A stretch of 43,058 bases of DNA from Solirubrobacterales bacterium (GCA_036393155.1 DASVWP010000280.1:1-43058); one strand, 5' to 3'; positions 24,049 through 33,482 are shown, numbered from the stretch's first letter. Numbers and translations are program-made. The notes: a model not told the origin generated them from the sequence alone.

Positions 24049-25340
24049 TTGTCCTGGCCCTGCTCGATAACCGTTTCGTACTCGCAGTGGGGGGCGATGA
24101 TGCCGCGTCCCTGCGGTGCTCCGTAGATCACGAAGCTGGCTGCGCGAGGGACGTAATGCGAGATCCCAAACGCACTCTGGATGCCGACGTGGATGAAATG
24201 GCGCCCTGGGGCAAGGGGGTTGTCGATCATCGCCGAGACGACGAGGCGGTCGCCCTGGATCGGCTCCCCGTCGTCTGAGCTCACCGGCACCCCGAGTTCG
24301 AACATCGAGACGTCGTCGGCGTTGGCAACCACGATCCCGACGTGCAGGACGGAGACCTTGCGCAGCAGTTCGGCCTCGACCCGTACCTTCAGGCGTTCCC
24401 CCAGCTCGAGGTTGTTGTCGGCGGCGGCCTCTCCGGAGATCGTGCAGGACAGCAGCCGAGCACCATCCCCCTCTCCGGCGCTGGGTTCACCGCCGGCCGT
24501 GGACGTTTCGCCGGCGAAGTTGAGCTTTAGGTACTCGCGTCCCGTTTCCGCTGGGGCGCCGATGTGTTGGATCTTGCCGTCGCTGAGCAGCATCGCGCGG
24601 TGGCAGTACTCCTCGACCGCGCCCATCTCGTGGGTCACCAGGACGATCGTTTTGCCTTCGCCTTTCATTCGGTGAAACGCGTCAGCGCACTTCTGCTGGA
24701 AGGACGCGTCGCCGACTGCCAGGACCTCGTCGATCAGCAGGACGTCGGCTTCGGCCTCCATCATCACCGCGAAGGCCAGCCGCACGAGCATCCCGGAGGA
24801 GTAGTTCTTCAGCTTCAGGTCGGCGAAATCGTGCAGCTCCGCAAAATCGATCACCGCATCGAGGCGGTGTCGCACCTCCCTGGGGGTGAGTCCCATCATC
24901 ACCCCGTTGAGGACGACGTTTTCCCGCGCGGTCAGTTCGTGGTTGAACCCCACTCCGAGCTCGATGAAGGGAGCCAGCCGGCCCGCGATCTGGATGCTGC
25001 CGCTGTCGGCGCGATAGATGCTCGCCAGGAGTTTCAGCAGGGTGCTCTTGCCGGAGCCATTGCGGCCGACGATGCCGAAGAACTCGCCCTGGTGGATTTC
25101 GAAGGAGATCCCGTTGAGGGCGTGCAGCTCGCGGTAGTCGCGGACCGCGAACGGGTGCACGACCCGCTCTTTCAGGGAATCCACGCGATTCGTGGGGATG
25201 CGGAACGACTTGTGCAGGTTCTCGACGCGGATCGCCGGGGCCGTCGTCGGAGTCGACGGCGCGCTGATGCTCGGAGCGGCGATTGCGTTTTCGGCGGACA
25301 TGGGGGGATGGCGCTCTGCGGAGCTCGCTCCTCGGCGCAT
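24045..25340 (-). CDS. wzt: Polysaccharide ABC exporter ATP-binding protein with C-terminal extension (Wzt-type, putative glycan-cap-binding module)
   Basis: Walker A is GRNGSGKST, the signature is YSSGM and Walker B is VLLIDE. An extra beta-rich region of about 150 aa follows the NBD (about 24045-24485). I prefer ATG 25340, which has TAGTGT 7 nt upstream. An alternative ATG is at 25301. The rest of ORF 24045..25973 is shadow sequence. Confidence 0.85.
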   Translation of the reverse strand: MRRGASSAERHPPMSAENAIAAPSISAPSTPTTAPAIRVENLHKSFRIPTNRVDSLKERVVHPFAVRDYRELHALNGISFEIHQGEFFGIVGRNGSGKSTLLKLLASIYRADSGSIQIAGRLAPFIELGVGFNHELTARENVVLNGVMMGLTPREVRHRLDAVIDFAELHDFADLKLKNYSSGMLVRLAFAVMMEAEADVLLIDEVLAVGDASFQQKCADAFHRMKGEGKTIVLVTHEMGAVEEYCHRAMLLSDGKIQHIGAPAETGREYLKLNFAGETSTAGGEPSAGEGDGARLLSCTISGEAAADNNLELGERLKVRVEAELLRKVSVLHVGIVVANADDVSMFELGVPVSSDDGEPIQGDRLVVSAMIDNPLAPGRHFIHVGIQSAFGISHYVPRAASFVIYGAPQGRGIIAPHCEYETVIEQGQDK

Positions 25341-25394
25341 TGACGGAACACTACCGCGAGCCTCGGGTTGCGGTATCTGCGAAGCTGCTGAGCA
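25341..25394. promoter_or_regulatory. Divergent intergenic region between wzt and the family B membrane protein gene
   Basis: A TAGTGT -10-like box on the minus strand (plus coordinates 25348-25353) lies 7 nt from ATG 25340. I found no convincing box for the plus-strand gene. Confidence 0.35.
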
Positions 25395-27176
25395 ATGGTG
25401 GAGGGTGAACTTCTCGCCCTGCTCGTGATCCACCTTCTGTTGACGGGTCTGCCTGGTGTGGCGGCGGCTCTGCTGGTAGCGAGCAGGGGTGAGCGCCGCG
25501 AGCCGGTGCTCTTGGGTGTTGCCCTGGTGGGCTCCGGCGCCGCGGCAATGCTCGCGTTCTGGGGCTATTACGGGAGCCACGAGCTGGGCGAGACGGCCTC
25601 CTTCTTCGTCGCCTTCGGCTCGCTTCTGCTGAGTGGCTGGTTGCTGCGCACGGGCGGCATCGACAGGGCGCTGTTGCGCCGGCTGGCCGTCCCGTTGGCG
25701 CTGTGGGCGCTGGGATCGGCCTTCCTCGTCTATCTCGGCTTCCTCCACGGCGGCACGCGGGAACCGTTGAGCCTCGCCTCGATCCGGTTCTCGGGGCAGC
25801 TGCCCAGCGACAACCAGATCCCCCGCTTCTTCTCGGAATGGTTCTTCAGCCACGGACACCAGAGCCCACCGCCCGAGTTCCCCGGTGAATGGCTGGCCAG
25901 CGACCGGCCGCCTCTGCAGGTCGGCTACGCCTTGCTCGAGCGCCCCTTTGGCTGGGATTCCAGCGGGCTTCACTACCAGGTCATGGGGGTCGTACTGCAG
26001 CAGCTCTGGATCGTCGGCCTATGGGCTCTGCTGGTTGCGGGTCGCGCCGGCCGGCTTACGCGGGGGCTGGCGATGTTGACCGTCTTGGTCTCCGACCTGG
26101 CGATCGTCAACGGCTTCTTCGTCTGGCCCAAGCTCTTGCCTGCGGCGATGCTCCTGGCCGCGGCGGCGCTGGTGCTGACTCCACTCTGGCCCGACGTGCG
26201 GCGCAGTTCCTGGGGCGCTGCCCTGCTTGCGGCCCTGCTCGGCCTCGCGATGATGGGACACGGTGGGAGCGTGTTCGGGGTGATTCCGTTGGCGGCGATC
26301 GCGCTCGCCCGCGGCGGCCTGCCGAGCTGGCGCTGGCTAGGGGTCCTGATCGCGGTCGGGATCCTCTTCGTCGGTCCCTGGAGCGCCTATCAGCGCTGGG
26401 GCGACCCTCCCGGCGACCGCCTTGCCAAGTGGATGCTCGGCGGCGTCTCCGAAGTCGATGGCCGCAGCAGCTTGCAGGCGATCACCGACTCCTATCGAGA
26501 AATCGGGCTCGGCGGCACCCTCCACTACAAGGCGGAGAATTTCGTCTCGATTGTCGGAGGCGGGCCGATGATCGAAGACCTCGAACACAGCTTCGAAGAA
26601 CTGAAGGCCGGGCGGCTCGGGGGCGCGGCGGCGTTCATTCGGGCGATCCTCTTCTACTACCTGCTGCCGTCGCTCGGGTTGATGCTCGTCGGCCTGGGCG
26701 CGATCGCCGCCAGCTGGCGGCGCCGCGCCCGCGACCCCGCGGAGTGGAGCCTCGCGCTCTGGTGCCTGGCCGCCTTCATGGTCGGAGCCGTCGTATGGGC
26801 GCTCCTGATGTTCGGGCGCAACGGCGCCGGGGCTGTGATCCACCAAGGAAGCCTGGTGATCCCGATCTTCGGCTTCTGCGCCGCCGCGGTGGGTGTCCGC
26901 GCCGTGTACCCACGCTTTGGCACCTGGTTGATGGGGGTAAATGCGGCGCTGATGCTGGCGCTCCATGCCCCGATGCTCACCCCTATGCCCGGGGTGGCGT
27001 ACTCGGCTTGGGCCGGCCTGTTGGCCGCCGGCGCCCTGGTCGGTTTCTGCTTGGTCGCCCTGCGTGCCGGGGAGATCCGCGCGCGGGTTGCGGAGCCGGT
27101 GCCGGTCTCCGGCGGCCAGGGTGCCCCGGGTTCGGCGCTCGCACGCCGGACCTCGCGGTTAGACTCGCGCGCCTGA
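25395..27176 (+). CDS. Uncharacterised polytopic membrane protein, family B paralog 1 (593 aa), GT-C-like
   Basis: It is highly hydrophobic with 12 or more predicted helices by eye. It shares the motifs SDRPPL/SSRGPL, (F/T)WPKLL and MMGHG/LMHPC with 30705..32489. Its stop overlaps the next ATG (TGATG at 27174-27178). Confidence 0.7.
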   Translation: MVEGELLALLVIHLLLTGLPGVAAALLVASRGERREPVLLGVALVGSGAAAMLAFWGYYGSHELGETASFFVAFGSLLLSGWLLRTGGIDRALLRRLAVPLALWALGSAFLVYLGFLHGGTREPLSLASIRFSGQLPSDNQIPRFFSEWFFSHGHQSPPPEFPGEWLASDRPPLQVGYALLERPFGWDSSGLHYQVMGVVLQQLWIVGLWALLVAGRAGRLTRGLAMLTVLVSDLAIVNGFFVWPKLLPAAMLLAAAALVLTPLWPDVRRSSWGAALLAALLGLAMMGHGGSVFGVIPLAAIALARGGLPSWRWLGVLIAVGILFVGPWSAYQRWGDPPGDRLAKWMLGGVSEVDGRSSLQAITDSYREIGLGGTLHYKAENFVSIVGGGPMIEDLEHSFEELKAGRLGGAAAFIRAILFYYLLPSLGLMLVGLGAIAASWRRRARDPAEWSLALWCLAAFMVGAVVWALLMFGRNGAGAVIHQGSLVIPIFGFCAAAVGVRAVYPRFGTWLMGVNAALMLALHAPMLTPMPGVAYSAWAGLLAAGALVGFCLVALRAGEIRARVAEPVPVSGGQGAPGSALARRTSRLDSRA

Positions 27177-28831
27177 TGGCGCTGCGGAGACGCGATGCAC
27201 CGGTTCTGTTGCTCGGTGCGGCCCTGGCAGGGGCCGCCGCGCTGCTGATCGCGCTGACCTGGGAACTCACCTTCTTCCAGGACACCTGGGCTTTCCTGAT
27301 GGAAAGGCAGGGCTCTTCGCTGCACGACTTCCTGGCACCGCACAACGAGCACCTCGTGGTGTTCCAGGTCGCCCTGGAGAAGCTGCTGATCAACACCTTC
27401 GGGATGACCACCGCTCATCCCGAACTGTTTGTGATGATCGCCATGCTGCTGGCCAACGGCGCGCTTCTGTTCGCGTACGTGCGCCGCCGCCTGGGGGACT
27501 GGTCGGCATTGATGATGGCCGCCCTGCTGCTCTTCCTCGGCTCGGCCTGGCAGGTCCAGCTTTGGCCGTTCGAGATCGAGTTCGTGGCCCCGATCATGAC
27601 CGGGCTGGGAGTCCTGCTGTTGCTCGAACGCGAGGATCGCCTGGGGGACGCTTGGGCTTGCCTGCTGATCGTCATCGGCATCGGCTTTGGCAGCCTCGGT
27701 TTGTCCTTCGCATTGGCGGCGGCGGCCGATGTTTGGGTCAGACGGCGCGAGCGGGGTCTTTGGAGCCGGCTCTGGATCGTCGTCGTTCCCTTTGTCCTCT
27801 ACGGCCTCTGGTACGTCGGCTGGGGCCACGAAGCCGAACACCACTTGACTCTGCACAACCTCCTGCGCCTGCCGCCTTACGTCTTGGAAGGTGTCGGCAC
27901 CGCCCTTGCGGCACTCAGCGGTCTGCTCACGCTCAACTTCAGCGGACCGAGCGATCCCTTCTGGGGCCGGCCGCTGATCATCGTCGTGGTCGCTCTGATT
28001 GCCTACGTGAAGTGGCGGCGCCCCGGGTTTGCCTGGACGCTCTGGCCGGTCCTCGTCGCCGCCTTCAGCTACTGGATCCTCGCCGGCCTCAACTACATCC
28101 CGGGCAGGGAAGCTTCCTCGCCGCGCTATGTCTACGCCAGCGCCGCCTTCGTCCTGATGGTGAGCGCGGAGCTCCTGCGCGGGTCGCGGTTGAGTCGGCG
28201 CGGAATTCTGATCGCCGGAGCGCTGACGGCCGTCGCGGTGATGCCGAATCTGGCTCAAATGAAGGAAGGAGCCGATTGGCTGAAGGAACAGACGGTGCTC
28301 ACCCGCGCTGACACCGGCGCAATCGAAATCGCCAGCCGCACGGTCGAACCGTCGTTCAGATTGACGCCGGAACTCGCCGGCACCCCTTCGTTGGTCAACG
28401 TCGACGCCGGTGATTACCTGTCCGCTGTCGAAGCTCACGGCTCCCCTGCCTACTCGCCCGTCCAGCTGGCCGCCACCCGCGAAGTCGGTCGACACTGGGC
28501 GGACGTGGTCCTGGCCCGAGCTCTTCCGGTTTCGCTGGAAACGGAATTCGGCACCTACGCGCACGCGGCCGCCCGGAGCTGCACTGCGATCGCTCCCGGC
28601 TCGGCTCCTCCGGCGGGCGTGGAACTGGCACCCGGCTCAACCAAAATTGAAGTCGCTCCCGGGCCGCCCGTGAGCTTCAGCCTCCGTCGCTTCGCGGTAG
28701 CCGAATTCCCCGTCAAAACCTCCGGCGCCCCAGGCGAATCAACCAGCTACATCGGGATCCCACACGACCGCGCTTCCCAGCCGTGGTTCCTGCATCTCGA
28801 AGCTCAGCAGCCCGTTCGGGTCTGTCGCTGA
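27176..28831 (+). CDS. Uncharacterised polytopic membrane protein, family A paralog 3 (551 aa)
   Basis: ATG 27176 lies within the track's 980-aa ORF 25889..28831. The protein begins MALRRRDAPVLLLG... and carries the full family A motif set. The upstream 429 aa of the track ORF are an out-of-frame shadow of the preceding gene. Confidence 0.8.
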   Translation: MALRRRDAPVLLLGAALAGAAALLIALTWELTFFQDTWAFLMERQGSSLHDFLAPHNEHLVVFQVALEKLLINTFGMTTAHPELFVMIAMLLANGALLFAYVRRRLGDWSALMMAALLLFLGSAWQVQLWPFEIEFVAPIMTGLGVLLLLEREDRLGDAWACLLIVIGIGFGSLGLSFALAAAADVWVRRRERGLWSRLWIVVVPFVLYGLWYVGWGHEAEHHLTLHNLLRLPPYVLEGVGTALAALSGLLTLNFSGPSDPFWGRPLIIVVVALIAYVKWRRPGFAWTLWPVLVAAFSYWILAGLNYIPGREASSPRYVYASAAFVLMVSAELLRGSRLSRRGILIAGALTAVAVMPNLAQMKEGADWLKEQTVLTRADTGAIEIASRTVEPSFRLTPELAGTPSLVNVDAGDYLSAVEAHGSPAYSPVQLAATREVGRHWADVVLARALPVSLETEFGTYAHAAARSCTAIAPGSAPPAGVELAPGSTKIEVAPGPPVSFSLRRFAVAEFPVKTSGAPGESTSYIGIPHDRASQPWFLHLEAQQPVRVCR

Positions 28832-28848
28832 CCGGGCCGTCAGCCTGG

Positions 28849-29685
28849 TCACGCTTTATCGCTGAACAACCGCGTTGCGCGTCGTCGCCATGCCCGCAGC
28901 CCGTTGGTCGCTGGCAGCGGCGGGTGCTCCATCGGATTCGGCGGCGGCATCTGGCCCTGCTTGCGCAGCACGACCATGAACTCGATTCCCTGACGGGCCC
29001 CCGCCTCGAGGTCGAAGGACTCCCCGAAGCGTTCCCGGCAGTGGAGGATCAGGCGCATGAACTCGGCCTGGGTCCAGACATGCATGTGTATCGAGTAAGC
29101 CTTCGCTTCCAGGTCGCGAGCATGGGCTAGGCATTCCTCGTCGGTCTGGCCCTCCTTCGCCTCGACCAGCCGCGACCACTCGTCGTAGTGCTGGCGGCGT
29201 GAGCGCTCCGGCCCCTCCTCGTAATCGGCGATCACGTGCTCCAGCGGCGTCACCGGGCGGCGGAAGTCGAAGGTGAATCGCTTGTCGGGCACGGCGTAGA
29301 AGAGGGTTCCTCCTCCTCTTAGCCTGGCGAGATGGGTCTCAATCGTGCGGATCGGGTTCTCGCAGTGCTCCAGAAAGTGATTGGCGACGATGAAGTCCTG
29401 CGATCCTTCAGCAGCCGTCGCCAGGCGCTCGCCATCGTCAACGAGGTCCACTGGGGTGAGGTCCCAGTCGGCGAGCTCGGGGTACTCCCGCCTCAGGTCG
29501 TCGATCGGCATCCGATCGACGTATCGCGCTCGGGCGGTCGGGGGCAGGGTCAGCGGCTGGTGGAGCGGCCCGATCTCGAGGCCTTCTCCGAACAGGAAGC
29601 GATCGGCGAGCTCACGGCGGGCGTCGAGGTACAGGGGCGGGGCGGGGGAAGGCCCTGCCTGTGTCTCCCCTGGAGGCTGATTCAT
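28849..29685 (-). CDS. Class I SAM-dependent methyltransferase
   Basis: Motifs are GLEIGP, IVANHFLEH and GGTLFYAVPDKR. ATG 29685 has a TAGCCT box 7 nt upstream. The upstream part of ORF 28849..29868 is low-complexity sequence. Confidence 0.75.
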   Translation of the reverse strand: MNQPPGETQAGPSPAPPLYLDARRELADRFLFGEGLEIGPLHQPLTLPPTARARYVDRMPIDDLRREYPELADWDLTPVDLVDDGERLATAAEGSQDFIVANHFLEHCENPIRTIETHLARLRGGGTLFYAVPDKRFTFDFRRPVTPLEHVIADYEEGPERSRRQHYDEWSRLVEAKEGQTDEECLAHARDLEAKAYSIHMHVWTQAEFMRLILHCRERFGESFDLEAGARQGIEFMVVLRKQGQMPPPNPMEHPPLPATNGLRAWRRRATRLFSDKA

Positions 29686-29746
29686 CCCCGAGAGGCTATC
29701 TGGAGGGACAAGCGCATCAGACCCAAGTGCTGTCAGGCTTGCAGCC
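29686..29746. promoter_or_regulatory. Divergent intergenic region between the methyltransferase and GT2 genes
   Basis: TAGCCT on the minus strand (plus coordinates 29693-29698) lies 7 nt from ATG 29685. I found no clear element for the plus-strand GTG at 29747. Confidence 0.35.
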
Positions 29747-30712
29747 GTGGCGGCATCCGCACCTCTCGCGGTGGTGATCCCGAGCTGGAATTCAGTCGAG
29801 CTTCTGCCGCGTTGCCTCGACTCGCTCGCGGGCCAGGGGGTGGAGCTGGAGGTGCTGGTGGTCGACAACGGTTCCAGCGACGGCTCGGTCCCCTACCTCG
29901 AGCGCCGCGGGACCCCTTGTCTCTCGCTGCCCCGGAACGTCGGGTTCGCCGCCGCGGTCAATCTCGGGGCCTCCCGGGTCACGGCGCCTCTCGTGCTCTC
30001 GTTGAACGCCGATACGGCCCTCGAGCCGGGCGTGGTCGAGTCCCTGCTTTCCGTGCTGGCGGACGACCCCTCGCTGGGCGGCGTGCAGCCCCGCATCCTG
30101 CAGCTCGAGGCAACGAGGCCCCCGAACCTGGCCACGGCTCGCCTCTATAGCGTTGGCCAGGCGCTGACCGGCGACGGGCGCGCGGTGGAGATGGGCGCCG
30201 GGATGCAGCAGCGCCCCGAGCTACTGCAGAGGCGTGAGATCTTCGGCGTCTGCGGCGCCGCCTGTCTGCTGCGGCGCGAGTTGTTCGATGACCTCGGTGG
30301 CTACGACGAGCGGTACTTCGCCTTCTATGAGGACGTCGACCTGAACGTGCGGGCGCGGATTGCCGGCTGGCGCTTCGAGTTCGTCCCCGAGGCGGTCGTG
30401 TGGCACCGCGGAAACGCTTCCTGGCAGGCCGGCGTAGACCGTGCCGGAGCCTGGAATGCGAGGCTCGTCGCCCGCAACCGTCTCGCCACCCAGATCAAGT
30501 TCATGCCGGTGGCAGCCGCGCCGCGGATTGCCGCCGTCGAGGTGGGGGCGTTGGCTCGGGCCGCGGCGCAGCGTCGCTTCCTGGCCACGCTGCGGGGAAA
30601 GCTGGCGGCCCTGCGGTGGTTGCCCGAGCTGCTCAAAGAGCGCGGCAGGCTGCGGCGCGACGGAGACGTCGAGCTGGCCCGGCGCTGGCTTGGCGCGGAC
30701 CGGCTCAGCTAG
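29747..30712 (+). CDS. GT2 glycosyltransferase (WbbL-like, possible rhamnosyltransferase)
   Basis: Motifs are VVIPSWN, VVDNGSSDGS, NVGFAAAVN, LNADT and FYEDVDLNVR. The start is GTG. Confidence 0.8.
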   Translation: MAASAPLAVVIPSWNSVELLPRCLDSLAGQGVELEVLVVDNGSSDGSVPYLERRGTPCLSLPRNVGFAAAVNLGASRVTAPLVLSLNADTALEPGVVESLLSVLADDPSLGGVQPRILQLEATRPPNLATARLYSVGQALTGDGRAVEMGAGMQQRPELLQRREIFGVCGAACLLRRELFDDLGGYDERYFAFYEDVDLNVRARIAGWRFEFVPEAVVWHRGNASWQAGVDRAGAWNARLVARNRLATQIKFMPVAAAPRIAAVEVGALARAAAQRRFLATLRGKLAALRWLPELLKERGRLRRDGDVELARRWLGADRLS

Positions 30713-32489
30713 CCTCGGAGCGGCGCTGGGTCCGCCAGGACAGCATCACCATCGCCGCCGCGCAGCTGACCGTCAGCAAAATTGCGGCAGCGTCGTTGAA
30801 GCTGCGGTTGCCGCTCAAGAGTTGGAATCCGTTGGTTCCGAGGGTCGGCAGAAGGAGGGCGATCAGCGCCCCGAGCGGTCGCAGGGAGAGAATCGTCCGA
30901 ATCGGCTTCGAGCGCAGCCAGGGAAACCCCGCAGACGCCTGTTGCAGAGAGACACAGGCGAGCAGAGCCAGTCCCCACCACTGCAGACCCTCGCGCAGCA
31001 TCCCGGTCGCCGCCGAGCCCCAGTAAACGCAGAACACGAGCAGTGGCGCGACAAGGACGGCGAAGAATGGCCAGGGCCGTCGCCGCGCGGTCCGTCCGAG
31101 GCTGAGCACCAGGAACGGGAAGAAAACAATTCCGAGGCCGAATGGGACTCCGGACCAGTACTGGTCGGACCAATGGATCACCGCCGGCGATTGGCCGCCG
31201 AGAGTGTTGATCGAGAAATCACTCCCGTGGAAGACGGGGAGCATCAGCGGCACCAGGGTGTTGCCGAGGGAGGTCAGGCGGTGTTCGAGCCAGCCAAGGA
31301 CCGAGGGGTGGACGTTGGATCCCGCCTCGTGAAGGTATTCGATGAATTCGCCTTGGTCGTAGTGATGCAGGCAGATCAGCCTCCAGCCAACCAGGAACAC
31401 CCCGACCCCCACTGCCACCGCGATCGCGGCCTTCAGGTTCGGGCGCCGCCAGTTGGCGCCACGCGCCGGCCATAAGGCAAGCAATCCGATCCCGGTGAGG
31501 CCGAAGAGAGCGCATGGGTGCATCAGGTAGCCGACTCCGACCAGCAGACCGGCGCGCAAGTTGCGCCGCTCGGCGATGGCCAGCAGGGCAAGGATCACGA
31601 AGGCGCCGGCCAGCAGCTTCGGCCAGGTGAAGATGAGGTCGTCCGCGACAAAGGGAGACGCGGCGGCGAGCATGATGACCAACCGGGCCGCCCGGTCACC
31701 GCCGATCCTGCGAACGGCGCCCCAGACCGCCAGCAGCGCGGTGAGGCTGAGGGTCATCATCGCCAGCCGGAACGCCATGAAGCCCTCGGGATCGAAGGTC
31801 TGCCACGGCTCTTCGGGAGCGGTGATTGGTGGCTTGCCTCCGGTCAGCAGGACGATCGGAGTCGTGGCCAGCCCGGCGAGCGGTCCACGACTGGAAAAGC
31901 TCCAGGGCGCATAGAGCGAGGCGCTGGCAGCGCTGAACGGGCCCTGCCCGTGCGCGATCAGCTCGGGGACCAGGTAGGGGATCCGACTGTCGGGTCGCGG
32001 CTCGGCGTAGAGGGTGCGGGAGATCGCGCCGGCGTAGAGGGAGCCAACGGGATCGAGCGACCAGATCGTCCGCCCGATCACCATGCCGAGAGTAAGGCCC
32101 GAGAAGAGTAGGGCTCGCTGCTCCTCACGGTCGAAGACATCGGCCGGATCGGCGCTCACCAGGGCTCCGAGGAGCAGACCGAGGAGGGGCGCCAGCGCTG
32201 CGAAGCAGATGACGCGGGGATCGATGCTCGGGGACAGGGCCCACGCGACGACCGCGGTTGCGATCAACACCGCGAGACCGACCAGCGGCAGATAGGCGAG
32301 GTCGAGGCGTCTCCCCAGTAGTCGCCAGAGCACTCCCGGCCCCAGGAGGACGACGATGGCCAGCGCCGTGGTGCAGGCCACTCGGAGGAGGTCCAGCGCC
32401 TCGCGGTCGAGGGTCGGCCGCAGCCGTTCTGGCGGATCCGCTGCGCCGAGGATGCAGCCGGCCACGGCTAGCCCCAGCAGCACGAGCAT
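30705..32489 (-). CDS. Uncharacterised polytopic membrane protein, family B paralog 2 (about 594 aa), GT-C-like
   Basis: It is highly hydrophobic and shares motifs with 25395..27176. I prefer ATG 32489 (MLVLLGLAVAG...); the track start at 32516 is a TTG. The 3' end overlaps the convergent GT2 gene by 8 nt. Confidence 0.7.
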   Translation of the reverse strand: MLVLLGLAVAGCILGAADPPERLRPTLDREALDLLRVACTTALAIVVLLGPGVLWRLLGRRLDLAYLPLVGLAVLIATAVVAWALSPSIDPRVICFAALAPLLGLLLGALVSADPADVFDREEQRALLFSGLTLGMVIGRTIWSLDPVGSLYAGAISRTLYAEPRPDSRIPYLVPELIAHGQGPFSAASASLYAPWSFSSRGPLAGLATTPIVLLTGGKPPITAPEEPWQTFDPEGFMAFRLAMMTLSLTALLAVWGAVRRIGGDRAARLVIMLAAASPFVADDLIFTWPKLLAGAFVILALLAIAERRNLRAGLLVGVGYLMHPCALFGLTGIGLLALWPARGANWRRPNLKAAIAVAVGVGVFLVGWRLICLHHYDQGEFIEYLHEAGSNVHPSVLGWLEHRLTSLGNTLVPLMLPVFHGSDFSINTLGGQSPAVIHWSDQYWSGVPFGLGIVFFPFLVLSLGRTARRRPWPFFAVLVAPLLVFCVYWGSAATGMLREGLQWWGLALLACVSLQQASAGFPWLRSKPIRTILSLRPLGALIALLLPTLGTNGFQLLSGNRSFNDAAAILLTVSCAAAMVMLSWRTQRRSEAS

Positions 32490-32555
32490 GATCCACCTCT
32501 CGCGTCCGATTCTCAAAACGATCCTGACTCCCGCTCGAGGGCCACGCTCGCCAGG

Positions 32556-33482
32556 CTAGTCGCGCCGCCGCCGCCGCCGCTCCAGCGCCTCCCGGGCGGT
32601 GATCTGCAGCAGCGACGCGCCGTCGACGTCGCGTGGCTCCAGCCCGCGCCCGTCGCGCCATCCGCGCAGACGGCCCGCCAGCCCCTGTCCCGTGCGGTCG
32701 CGCAGCAGCTGTCCGGCGCAGATCGCGCCCTCGCAGGCGAGCGCGCGCAGGGCCAGCCCGGGGTGCGACATCACGCCGTAGCGGCGCAGCATGTAGCCGC
32801 GGCTCCAGCCGGTGAAGGAGTACTTGCGGGCGCTGGCGGCGCCGAGGCTGGCCGAGTAGGCGTGCAGCGCGCGAGCGTCGCCGGCGAGCCGGCAGCGCGC
32901 TCCCGCCGCCGCCATCCGCAGGGCCAGGTCGAGGTCCTCGTAGTAGAGGAAGATCCGCTCGTCGAAGCCGCCGACGGCCTCGAAGGCCTCGCGGCGGTAG
33001 AGCGCCGCGCCGCCGGTCGGGCCCAGCGGTGCGGGCGCGGACAGCGCCGCCTCGGCCGCCTCGCCGTGCAGGTAGTCGAAGCCCATCAGGGTGCGGTCGG
33101 CGACCACCCCAGCCGAGTCGATAAGCCCCGGCTCGCGCTCCTGCAGCAGCACTCCGGCGACCGTCTCGGCGCCCTCGGCCGCCGCCAGCAGCGCCGCCGC
33201 GAAGCCCGGCTCGGCGCGGGCGTCGTTGTTGAGCAGGATCAGCAGCTCGGCCGGGTGCCGGCGGACGGCCTGGTTGATCGCCGCGCCGAAACCCAGGTTG
33301 CGCCCCAGCTCCAGGACCGTCACCTCCGGGAACTCGCGCCGCGCCAGCGCCACCGAGTCGTCGCTGGAGCCGTTGTCCACGAGGACGACCTCGACCGGCT
33401 CGCTCTGCTCGCGCAGGCTGGCGAGGGTCTCGCCAAGCCGCGCGGCGCCGTTGAAGTTGGGGATGTAAACGGCCGCTCGCAC
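32556..33482 (-). CDS. GT2 glycosyltransferase (WbbL-like)
   Basis: This is the C-terminal 308 aa of ORF 32556..34442. Motifs are VYIPNFNG, LVDNGSSDDS, NLGFGAAIN, LNNDA and YYEDLDLALR. GTG 33482 is preceded by GAAGGAG. The upstream part of the ORF is a shadow of rmlA. Confidence 0.8.
   Translation of the reverse strand: MRAAVYIPNFNGAARLGETLASLREQSEPVEVVLVDNGSSDDSVALARREFPEVTVLELGRNLGFGAAINQAVRRHPAELLILLNNDARAEPGFAAALLAAAEGAETVAGVLLQEREPGLIDSAGVVADRTLMGFDYLHGEAAEAALSAPAPLGPTGGAALYRREAFEAVGGFDERIFLYYEDLDLALRMAAAGARCRLAGDARALHAYSASLGAASARKYSFTGWSRGYMLRRYGVMSHPGLALRALACEGAICAGQLLRDRTGQGLAGRLRGWRDGRGLEPRDVDGASLLQITAREALERRRRRRD

Noticed and set aside
25340-25345. TTGACG resembling a -35 hexamer in the wzt / family B intergenic region
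   Set aside because: No acceptable -10 lies at 16-19 nt spacing on the plus strand (TATCTG is 28 nt away and lacks the final T). The hexamer also overlaps the preferred wzt start codon.
25341-25973. N-terminal extension of the Wzt ORF (track ORF 24045..25973)
   Set aside because: It would overlap the divergent membrane-protein gene, and its composition is charged and low-complexity. ATG 25340 or 25301 gives a normal Wzt N-terminus.
25889-27175. N-terminal 429 aa of the 980-aa track ORF 25889..28831, which looks like a giant fusion protein
   Set aside because: This part is an out-of-frame shadow across the hydrophobic 593-aa gene. The real gene begins at ATG 27176, where homology to the two other family A paralogs starts and where the upstream TGA overlaps.
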